DNA of 64,000 nucleotides from an uncultured bacterium (GTDB lineage Bacteria; Fidelibacterota; Marinisomatia; Marinisomatales; TCS55). Each line of letters starts with the position of its first letter. Position 1 is the first letter of the stretch. The stretch is from contig CAYFJU010000005.1 of the NCBI GenBank assembly GCA_964343505.1, positions 1,669-65,668 of the forward strand, written 5' to 3'. The translations under genes were made by a program, and so were the position numbers. The notes beneath the pieces were generated by a model. The model ran no database searches, had not been told where the DNA came from, and saw only the letters and a list, made by a program, of their open reading frames with translations. Positions 10,512 through 18,601 of the stretch are shown here, in pieces.

Positions 10512-11983
10512 ATGTTCAGCGACCCAAAGCATTTCGCCTGGTTCATTTTCGGATTGTACATGATTGGTACTGCCGGATTAGCAATTTTCGGCAGTCGGAA
10601 AACAAAATCATTCCGCCATTTTGCATTGGGAAATCGAGATATGCATCCTGCGCTGGTGGGCGTTGCGTGGGCAACATCCATGGCATCGACCCTAACATTT
10701 GTAATCAATCCAGGGTTTGTGTATGCCTTCGGATTGAGCGCTTTCATTTCATTATCACTGCCATTGGTTTCGGGGATGGCGTTGGGCGTTTGGCTTCTGT
10801 ATGCCAAATTCCAGGATAGCGGTATTTCAACTGAAACTTTAACCTTACCCCATTGGATTGGGATTCGATTTAATGCGCCCTGGTTTCAGCGATTATTTTC
10901 CGGAATGATTTTGCTCAATGTTTTTTATGTGGTGCTCATCGTTGTTGCATCGGCATATGTGATGCAAAATGCTTTAGGCATCAGTTACAACTTGAGTTTA
11001 ATTATTATCATTTCGTTTGTTTTTATCTATACGCTGTTTGGAGGGACCTATGCCCACACCTTTACGAATATGTTCCAGGGTATGCTTATGTTTATAGTCT
11101 CACTGATAATTGCCTGGTCGGGAAGAGAATTTTTCACAAAAGGATTGTCCGGATTTGTTGAAAAAATTCAGGCGGTGAGTCTCCATTTAACATCCGTGAC
11201 CAATCCCATTTCGCCGTTTTTTTCTACGCAATTTGAAGTGTGGGTTTGTTCATTTGTGATTGGATTTGCATTGGTAGCTCAACCCCATCTCATGACAAAA
11301 CCCCTCTATCTAAAAGAAAGAAAAGATATGCGTGTGTTTATGTGGACGGGTATTCTCACTTACACTTCTTTCATGATAATTTTACTGGGCGGATTTTATG
11401 CCATCCTGTCTCTGCCGCGCGGAATAAATCCGGATGCATCACTGGCTTATTATATTGTGGGCGCTTTCCAACCGCAAGTTGCCACATTTATTTCCCTGGC
11501 CATTCTGCTGCCGCCATGAGCACGTTAGATGGCATATTGGTCGCTATTTCAGCCATCGTTTCCTTTGATTTATTCCGCAATTGGTTAGCGCCTATCATTT
11601 TCAAAAATACAGGACAAGAAGCATTAAACAAATATGCAATGGGGGCATCGCGAATTATTATTTTGGCCATGGGAATTACCGCCTATTTATTAAGTATTAA
11701 TCCGCCAAAATTTGTGGGTGTTTTTGCAAGTATTGGACTCTATGGTATTCTGGCGGCAAGTGTGGGGCCTATTGTGGGCGGATTGTTTTTGAAGAAGGTC
11801 AATGTATGGACGGCATTCATTGGTGTGAATTTGGGTTTGTTTGTCCATCTTTATTTGTTCTATTCCGGCTATTCCCCCAATACGGCGAAAACGGCCACTA
11901 TAGCCACACTCGTAAATCTGATATTTGTATTCGGTACAACGCTTTTACTGCCATTCTTTTCAAAAACCAATAAACCGGCATGA
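10512..11983 (+). pseudogene. SSS-family symporter disrupted by a 1-nt frameshift (paralog of 4618-6135)
   Basis: Frame A ends ...ATFISLAILLPP* at 11519. The -1 frame continues AAAMSTLDGILVAISAIV... to 11983. The paralog reads FISVVLLAAGMSTLDGIL, so a single missing base near 11505-11510 (CTGGCT read as CTGCT) restores one ORF. Confidence 0.7.
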
Positions 11984-12085
11984 CTCGGCGGGTGACAGAA
12001 AATGAATTAGGATGCGGTACCCTACATCCAAATGCTATTCTCAAAACAACAACTTTTTCAAACCAATAAAGATAGAGAGGAAGCA

Positions 12086-12955
12086 ATGAAAATAAAAAGT
12101 GTAAAACCCATATTGACCGTCACCTTATGTGTACTGATGGCGGCAGGTTGCGCGCGTAAAAATGCTATTGACTCATACGTACAACTGCCAGATTTCAAGA
12201 TGCATTACATCGAGCAAGGCGCTGGTGATGAAACCCTAATCTTTGTACACGGGTTTGCCAGTACCCATCGGTGGTGGTTGCCTACATTTGAGCGGTTGCC
12301 AGAGAATTATCACGCCTATGCCATTGACATACGTGCTGCCGGAAAGTCAGAGCAAGTCAAAACTGGACATACATTAGCACAGTACGCCGAAGACATAGAA
12401 GCCTTCGCCACTGCGCTGGGACTGGAAAAGTTTACCCTGATTGGGCATTCTATGGGTGGCGGTGTTTCTCTTTTATATGCTCTCACCCATCCGGAACGTC
12501 TCAAAAGGTTGGTGTTGGTGGATCCACTCTCCCCCTACGGGATGAAACTTGACCAGGGCAGCATCGATTGGATCAACTCGGTACAGGGTCAGGAAGAAGG
12601 TCAGCGAGCCGTCGTTTCTGGTGCCTTCGCTACACTCCCAGAGGATGATTTCATGGAGCAACTCGTAGCTGACGCCGTCGCTTGGGGCAAACCCATCTAC
12701 CTTGGGATGATGGACGACATGGCTAAATTTAACGTGGTGGATCAACTTGAGACGATGACCATGCCCACGCTGATTACCTGGGGTGATAAAGATGGTGTAA
12801 TACCTTTTGATGCCATCGTTGAGGCCTTTGAAAAGATTCCCGACAGCAGTCTAGAAATCTGGCACGGGGTTGGACATTCGGGCCCGATTGAAGTTCCAGA
12901 CAAGTTTATTTCGTTACTCACACAATTCATGAACGAAGTAAAACAACCGCAATAA
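12086..12955 (+). CDS. alpha/beta-fold hydrolase, lipoprotein
   Basis: The ORF is open from 12032. ATG 12086 follows AGAGAGG and gives MKIKSVKPILTVTLCVLMAAGC (lipobox). FVHGFAS, elbow GHSMGG, WHGVGHSGPIE. Confidence 0.75.
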   Translation: MKIKSVKPILTVTLCVLMAAGCARKNAIDSYVQLPDFKMHYIEQGAGDETLIFVHGFASTHRWWLPTFERLPENYHAYAIDIRAAGKSEQVKTGHTLAQYAEDIEAFATALGLEKFTLIGHSMGGGVSLLYALTHPERLKRLVLVDPLSPYGMKLDQGSIDWINSVQGQEEGQRAVVSGAFATLPEDDFMEQLVADAVAWGKPIYLGMMDDMAKFNVVDQLETMTMPTLITWGDKDGVIPFDAIVEAFEKIPDSSLEIWHGVGHSGPIEVPDKFISLLTQFMNEVKQPQ

Positions 12956-12977
12956 GGAACTGTGTGTCGGATTCCAG

Positions 12978-13841
12978 TTGTCGTTGGGTGAATATGATGG
13001 AATGATAGAATTAAACTTGCAGGGATTGGTGTATTTCATCAAAGGAAGGCGATGTCATTACGCATTTTTAGATGGTGATTCATCATTATCACCGATTCTA
13101 TTTTTGCACGGTGTAACAACCTTTGGTCGTTATTTCGATGATGTTGTCTCCCGCTTGCATCTGAACAATCCTATTTATCTCATGGATTTTAAGGGACATG
13201 GGAAAAGCGATTGGAAAAGCGAATTTTATACCATTGAATCCTATAGCGACGACATTTTCGCATTTTTACTATCCCTTGATTCACCGGTACATATTGTAGG
13301 TCATTCACTTGGTGGCCGCGTGGGAATTCATCTGGCGGCAAATCACGCCGAACATATTATAAGTCTGTCCATTTTGGATGTAGCGCCATCGGTAGATATG
13401 GCTGGATTTACTCGTCTATCTAATGCCATCAGTCAAGTCCCGCGGCCTTTTAAGGATAGAGACCATGTTGTTGAATTTTACAAAACAACCTGGGGCGGGG
13501 CGTCTGACCGGTTCATTGAAATGATGCTGGAGTTTGGCGTTGAACAGGTTCAAAATGGCCGTCTCATGCCAAGATTTGACCCGAATATTTTTACACTGCC
13601 TATGGATGTAATTCAGACAGAAACCAATGAATTGTGGGCGGCTGCAAAATCCATAACCCAACCGACACTCCTTGTTCGCGGTGAACATAGTGATGTTTTG
13701 AGTCCGGAGATTGCCAATGAATTAAAACAGGCCATTCCACAAGCTGATTTCGTAGAAATAAAAAATTCGAGCCATTCAATACCACCGGAACAACCGAAAG
13801 CGCTGGCGAATGCAATTCAAGATTTTATAAAGGGTCAGTAA
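12978..13841 (+). CDS. alpha/beta-fold hydrolase
   Basis: 287-aa ORF (TTG 12978; alternative ATG 13002) with LFLHGVTT, elbow GHSLGG and NSSHSIPPEQP. A MenH role cannot be excluded but is unsupported. Confidence 0.7.
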   Translation: MSLGEYDGMIELNLQGLVYFIKGRRCHYAFLDGDSSLSPILFLHGVTTFGRYFDDVVSRLHLNNPIYLMDFKGHGKSDWKSEFYTIESYSDDIFAFLLSLDSPVHIVGHSLGGRVGIHLAANHAEHIISLSILDVAPSVDMAGFTRLSNAISQVPRPFKDRDHVVEFYKTTWGGASDRFIEMMLEFGVEQVQNGRLMPRFDPNIFTLPMDVIQTETNELWAAAKSITQPTLLVRGEHSDVLSPEIANELKQAIPQADFVEIKNSSHSIPPEQPKALANAIQDFIKGQ

Positions 13842-13842
13842 G

Positions 13843-15216
13843 ATGATGAAGCCATTAGTATCAATTAACCCCTCCAACGGCAAAGAGGTTGGACGTTATA
13901 ACCAAATGTCATCCGACGAAATTTCTTCCTGTCTTAAACAGGTTCAATCAGCCTACAACCATTGGGAAGAAATTCCGATTAAAAACCGAGCAGACTGTTT
14001 CAGGAAGGCCTCAGAAATATTACGGAATAATAAAAACGAATATGGCCGTTTGATGGCGTTGGAAATGGGTAAACCCCTGGCACAGGGCAAAGCCGAATCT
14101 GAAAAATGTGCCTGGGTGTGTGAATATTATGCTGAAAATGCGGAAGCATTTCTCCAACCCAAAGCCATCGAAACAGATGCGTCAAAAAGTTATGTTGCGT
14201 ACAGGCCTATTGGTGCAGTTCTGGCGGTCATGCCATGGAATTTTCCATTCTGGCAGGTCTTTCGGTTTGCGGCCCCAACTCTAATGGCAGGAAATGTCGG
14301 TGTCTTGAAACATGCATCAAACGTACAGGGATGCGCTCTGGCCATCGAGAAAATATTCCTAGATGCCGGATTCCCTGAGCATGCTTTCCGATCATTGACG
14401 ATTAATGCTTCCGCTGTAAAGGAAGTTATTGAAAATCCAATCATAAAAGCAGTCACTTTGACTGGAAGTACACCGGCAGGTCAATCTGTAGCTGCGCTAT
14501 CGGGGGCTGCCCTGAAAAAAACAGTTTTGGAATTGGGTGGAAGTGATCCTTATGTCATTTTAGAAGATGCAGACCTTGACAAAGCTGTGATTGCATGTAA
14601 AACCGGCCGTTATTTAAACACTGGTCAAAGCTGCATTGCGGCCAAACGGTTTATTGTTGTCGAAAGTGTGTTAAGCTCGTTCAGGGAAAAACTGTTGGAA
14701 TCGGTCAAGACACTCAAATGGGGTGATCCAATTGAGGAAGATGTGGATTTGGGGCCAATGGTAAATTGGTCAGCAAGAGATGAGCTGCATCAGCAAGTGA
14801 CAGAGAGTATAAAAATGGGCGCCCGACTTTTGGTTGGCGGTGAAATTCCGGATAACCCTGGCGCTTTTTACCAGGCTACGGTAATGGATAATGTAAAACC
14901 CGGTATGCCCGCTTTTGATGACGAACTCTTCGGACCTGTTTCATCTATTATTTCTGCAAAAAATGAAGATGAAGCCATTACATTGGCTAATCAAACACTA
15001 TTTGGTCTTGGATCTGCCGTATTTACAGAGGATATTAAAAAAGGCGAACGAATCGCCGCCGAAAAGCTGGAATCAGGCGCATGTTTTGTAAATGATTTTG
15101 TTAAGTCCGATCCTCGCCTGCCCTTTGGAGGCATCAAAGCATCCGGATACGGACGGGAATTGTCTTCAGTTGGCATTCACGAATTTGTGAATGTCAAAAC
15201 AGTTTATATCAAATAG
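13843..15216 (+). CDS. NAD(P)-dependent aldehyde dehydrogenase, succinate-semialdehyde-dehydrogenase-like
   Basis: 457-aa ORF with LELGGSDP, catalytic Cys region NTGQSCIAAKRF, EELFGPV and PFGGIKASGYGRE. Confidence 0.85.
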   Translation: MMKPLVSINPSNGKEVGRYNQMSSDEISSCLKQVQSAYNHWEEIPIKNRADCFRKASEILRNNKNEYGRLMALEMGKPLAQGKAESEKCAWVCEYYAENAEAFLQPKAIETDASKSYVAYRPIGAVLAVMPWNFPFWQVFRFAAPTLMAGNVGVLKHASNVQGCALAIEKIFLDAGFPEHAFRSLTINASAVKEVIENPIIKAVTLTGSTPAGQSVAALSGAALKKTVLELGGSDPYVILEDADLDKAVIACKTGRYLNTGQSCIAAKRFIVVESVLSSFREKLLESVKTLKWGDPIEEDVDLGPMVNWSARDELHQQVTESIKMGARLLVGGEIPDNPGAFYQATVMDNVKPGMPAFDDELFGPVSSIISAKNEDEAITLANQTLFGLGSAVFTEDIKKGERIAAEKLESGACFVNDFVKSDPRLPFGGIKASGYGRELSSVGIHEFVNVKTVYIK

Positions 15217-15271
15217 CAAATCAATAAATATAACGAATATTCTGTTTATCATTAGTTTGTCATCCCTAAAT

Positions 15272-15285
15272 TGACCACCCGGTCA
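15272..15285. promoter_or_regulatory. candidate operator (inverted repeat TGACC-N4-GGTCA) upstream of the TetR gene
   Basis: TGACCACCCGGTCA lies 14 nt upstream of the TetR ATG. The arms are short, so support is weak. Confidence 0.25.
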
Positions 15286-15298
15286 TTGTACTATTAAT

Positions 15299-15925
15299 AT
15301 GAATTCAACAACAAACAAGTTTGAACAACTGCCGATAGAAAAACAGGCCCGCATCGTGGATGCGTCCATCTCTGAGTTTGCAGTACGTGATTATGAAACA
15401 GCATCCATGAATAAAGTGGTAGTTCAGGCGGGCATCTCCAAAGGATCACTCTTTAATTATTTCAAAACCAAGAGCAGTCTGTATTTTCATATTTATCAAT
15501 TGGCATTGGGGGAAGTGAAAGACTATTTGAAGAAGGTCCGAGATGAAACGGCTGTATTACAATTTGATGAACGACTTTCTAAAATTGTGGATTCCGGTGT
15601 TCAATTCATCACAGAGCATCCTCGATTGGCAAGGATCTATTTTAGAATAATTTATTCCGCTGATTCACCCAACCGAAAAAAAATCGTGAATGAATTGCAG
15701 TCCATGTCAGATGAATATCTTGGCGGCATCATTCAGGATGCTATGGATCGAAATGAACTGGACGAAAATTTGGATAAATCCCAGGCTGTTTTCTTTTTGG
15801 ATGCAGTGCTGAACCGGTTTTTGAAAGATTATCATGAAGCGATGGAGTCGGGAGATCATGAACGATTTAACCGGAAGAAGTGGGTGAAGGGGATTACGGA
15901 GTTTTTTAATAAAGGATTAAAGTGA
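15299..15925 (+). CDS. TetR/AcrR family transcriptional regulator
   Basis: 208-aa ORF. N-terminal HTH ASMNKVVVQAGISKGSLFNYFKTKSSLY. Confidence 0.8.
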   Translation: MNSTTNKFEQLPIEKQARIVDASISEFAVRDYETASMNKVVVQAGISKGSLFNYFKTKSSLYFHIYQLALGEVKDYLKKVRDETAVLQFDERLSKIVDSGVQFITEHPRLARIYFRIIYSADSPNRKKIVNELQSMSDEYLGGIIQDAMDRNELDENLDKSQAVFFLDAVLNRFLKDYHEAMESGDHERFNRKKWVKGITEFFNKGLK

Positions 15926-15994
15926 AACTCAAAGACGCCGTACCTACACTTCGTTTCGGCAGGCAAGCAGAGATGCGAAGAAAATATGGATATA

Positions 15995-16021
15995 TGGAGT
16001 AATGGAATAGTGGAAGATCCA
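15995..16021 (+). repeat. 27-nt dispersed repeat, copy 1 (TGGAGTAATGGAATAGTGGAAGATCCA)
   Basis: 23/27 identical to 18502-18528. Both copies lie in men-operon spacers. Confidence 0.6.
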
Positions 16022-16064
16022 ACACTCCAGTGCTCCAATAATCACTTAATAGAATTCTCAAACA

Positions 16065-16811
16065 ATGAATGAATTAAAAACACAAGACTACCCATCCGTC
16101 CAAGAAATGTCAGATGATCAGCGGATTGGGATTGTTAAAGACATCTTTGCATCGGTGACGGATAGGTATGATTTCTTGAACCGGTTTCTATCAGGGCGTC
16201 GCGATGTAGCTTGGCGAAAGCGGACAGTCTCAGAAATGAACTTTTTTAATACCCATCGATTTTTGGATGTGGCCACCGGGACAGGCGACCTTGCCTTGGA
16301 TTGTGCAAATACATATCCTGATGTAAACGTGATGGGCGTGGATTTCGTTCAGGAGATGGTGGAAAAAGGCAACAAAAAAGTATCCGACCAACAATTGAAT
16401 GATCGGGTGGAATTAAAATGGGGCGACGCCACCAATATTGAATTTGATGACAATTCTTTCGATGTATCAGCCATAGCATTTGGGATTCGAAACATTCCTG
16501 ACAAAGTAAAAGCCCTTTCTGAAATGAGACGAATTATCGTTGAAAATGGTCAGGTCATGGTTTTGGAACTGACCACACCCGAACCTGGATTTTGGCGGAG
16601 TACTTACAGTTTTTATCTCAATGGTATGCTCCCAAAACTGGCCAAACTGTTCACGAAAAATCCTGCAGCCTATGAATACTTGGCGGACTCAATTATGAAT
16701 TTCCCCACACGGAAAGAATTTGTGGCCCTTATGGAATCGGTAGGACTTAAAAATTGCAAGGCGATTCCGTTAACCTTTGGTGTTTGCACATTGTATATCG
16801 GAGAGAAATGA
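16065..16811 (+). CDS. ubiE: demethylmenaquinone/ubiquinone C-methyltransferase
   Basis: 248-aa ORF with DRYDFLNRFLSGRRDVAWRK and SAM motif LDVATGTGD. Sits in the men operon. Confidence 0.85.
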   Translation: MNELKTQDYPSVQEMSDDQRIGIVKDIFASVTDRYDFLNRFLSGRRDVAWRKRTVSEMNFFNTHRFLDVATGTGDLALDCANTYPDVNVMGVDFVQEMVEKGNKKVSDQQLNDRVELKWGDATNIEFDDNSFDVSAIAFGIRNIPDKVKALSEMRRIIVENGQVMVLELTTPEPGFWRSTYSFYLNGMLPKLAKLFTKNPAAYEYLADSIMNFPTRKEFVALMESVGLKNCKAIPLTFGVCTLYIGEK

Positions 16812-16847
16812 GTTGCCCACGAAACACGCTAAATACACGGAATAGTA

Positions 16848-17261
16848 ATGAATAAAGAAAAAGCAATAGCAACAATAAATGCCATGGGTGAAAATACCAT
16901 GGTGAATCATTTAGGTATTAAAATCACTGATTTTGGCGATGAATTTATCTGCGGGAAGATGCCGGTGGATCAACGCACAGTTCAGCCCTTTGGATTACTG
17001 CATGGTGGTGCATCAGCTACTTTAGCTGAAACTTTAGGCAGTATCGCCGGGGGTATGAAAGTGGACCACGAAACACAAACGGTCGTGGGGGTAGAAATCA
17101 ACTGCAACCATTTGAGATCTGCAAGAGGTGGATGGGTCCATGGGAAAGCCGTGCCGATCAAGTTGGGCAGAAAGATCCAGGTGTGGAATATTGAAATCAA
17201 AAATGATGATGGGAAAATGGTGGCAACGAGTCGGTTGACTTTGGCGGTGATAGATAAATGA
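16848..17261 (+). CDS. menI: hotdog-fold (PaaI/YdiI-type) thioesterase, probable 1,4-dihydroxy-2-naphthoyl-CoA hydrolase
   Basis: 137-aa ORF with PFGLLHGGASATLAETLGS. The position between ubiE and menF supports the call. Confidence 0.65.
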   Translation: MNKEKAIATINAMGENTMVNHLGIKITDFGDEFICGKMPVDQRTVQPFGLLHGGASATLAETLGSIAGGMKVDHETQTVVGVEINCNHLRSARGGWVHGKAVPIKLGRKIQVWNIEIKNDDGKMVATSRLTLAVIDK

Positions 17262-17296
17262 CTTTATCGCAGAGACGCAAGGGCGCAGAGAAATAA

Positions 17297-18472
17297 TTGG
17301 AAACAATTACAAAAAATATAATTGATTTGAGAACCCTATGGGATAGGGTAATTGAAGAAAATGGCTCAGTGGTAGTTTGGCGGTGTCCGAGAGAAGACAA
17401 GATTCATTTTTTAGGTGATTTATCTCCTGAGCCGATCAAAAGTCGAATTAATCTCCAGAAGACGGACATGGGTTTTGTGGTGAGTCCGTTCATGAATCCG
17501 GAAGGGAATGAGACGCTTTTTTTGAAGGCGGATGTGTATGCCAAGAAGATGGAGGATGGTGTATGGAAGATGGACAAAGGGGAAGAAAAAGTAGGAAGTT
17601 CGAAAAGTTCACAGGCCCTGAAATATCATTTGAATCATCGGCCGGATACGGAGATTTCTGGAGAAAAAGATCATTTCATCAAGATGGTGGAAAATGGAAT
17701 CAAGGCTATTGAAGATGGTGAATTTGACAAAGTGGTTTCTGCTCGAACCTATGACGAACCCTTGTCCGAAAATTTTGACATTTTGAATCAGTTTGATCGG
17801 TTGGAAAAAGCCTATCCTGAAGCATTTGTAAGTTTGGTTTCCATACCCAATCGGGGAACGTGGATGGGTGCCACTCCTGAACTTTTGATTGAATCATCAG
17901 CTGATCATTTTCGGACTGTGTCCGTGGCAGGGACTCAATCCTTTCCATTGGACAAAGATTTATCTGAGGCGGCGTGGAATCAGAAAGAAATTGAAGAACA
18001 GGCCATGGTGAGCCGCTATATTATTGAACAATTCAAGACTATCCGATTACGGGAATTCACGGAATCCGGGCCCCGATCCGTCCGCGCTGGGAATATGATT
18101 CATCTCAAAACAGAATATAATGTGGACCTAAATGAAGTCCATTTTCCTGAATTGGGAACAATCATGCTTCATTTACTTCATCCCACATCAGCGGTGTGTG
18201 GCATGCCGAAATTTTCTGCTTTGCGATTCATTGCTGCCCAGGAACATTTGAACCGGGAATTCTATAGCGGGTTTTTAGGTCCCGTGAATATGGACGGTGT
18301 GTCCCGACTTTATGTGAATCTTCGCTGTATGCAAATCCTACAGACGAGGGCAGTTCTTTATGCTGGGGCAGGGATCACACATGATTCAATCCCGGAGAAA
18401 GAATGGGAAGAGACAGCCTTGAAGTGCCAGACTTTATTGGATGTGATGAATGGGAATACTCATAGTGTTTAA
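17297..18472 (+). CDS. menF: isochorismate synthase
   Basis: 391-aa ORF with a TTG start. Chorismate-binding motifs HPTSAVCGMP, REFYSGFLGP, NLRCMQI, LYAGAGITHDSIPEKEWEET. Confidence 0.85.
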   Translation: METITKNIIDLRTLWDRVIEENGSVVVWRCPREDKIHFLGDLSPEPIKSRINLQKTDMGFVVSPFMNPEGNETLFLKADVYAKKMEDGVWKMDKGEEKVGSSKSSQALKYHLNHRPDTEISGEKDHFIKMVENGIKAIEDGEFDKVVSARTYDEPLSENFDILNQFDRLEKAYPEAFVSLVSIPNRGTWMGATPELLIESSADHFRTVSVAGTQSFPLDKDLSEAAWNQKEIEEQAMVSRYIIEQFKTIRLREFTESGPRSVRAGNMIHLKTEYNVDLNEVHFPELGTIMLHLLHPTSAVCGMPKFSALRFIAAQEHLNREFYSGFLGPVNMDGVSRLYVNLRCMQILQTRAVLYAGAGITHDSIPEKEWEETALKCQTLLDVMNGNTHSV

Positions 18473-18501
18473 GTATGAGAGTGTTCGAGTATTCAGGGTA
18501 G

Positions 18502-18528
18502 TGGAGTAATGGATTAATGGTAGAACCA
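18502..18528 (+). repeat. 27-nt dispersed repeat, copy 2 (TGGAGTAATGGATTAATGGTAGAACCA)
   Basis: Matches 15995-16021 at 23/27 positions. Confidence 0.6.
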
Positions 18529-18561
18529 TATTTGCAAAAGTTACTTACTTCCCTAAAGTGT

Positions 18562-18601
18562 GAAAATCCTTAACACATGAACACTTCTAACACTTTAACA
18601 C
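18562..18601 (+). repeat. AACAC pentamer array with GAAAATCCTT leader, overlapping the menD start codon
   Basis: GAAAATCCTT-AACACatgAACACttctAACACtttAACAC. 36/40 identical to 21280-21319. The ATG at 18577 lies inside the array. Confidence 0.75.

Noticed and set aside
11495-11520. Programmed ribosomal frameshift in the second SSS gene
   Set aside because: I saw no slippery heptamer and no downstream structure at the site (ATTCTGCTGCCGCCATGA). A 1-nt deletion in CTGGCT explains it.
12978-13841. Calling this alpha/beta hydrolase MenH
   Set aside because: Only the generic fold motifs are visible. It is separated from the men operon by an ALDH and a TetR gene and groups positionally with the upstream catabolic block. 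The call is left open, not asserted.
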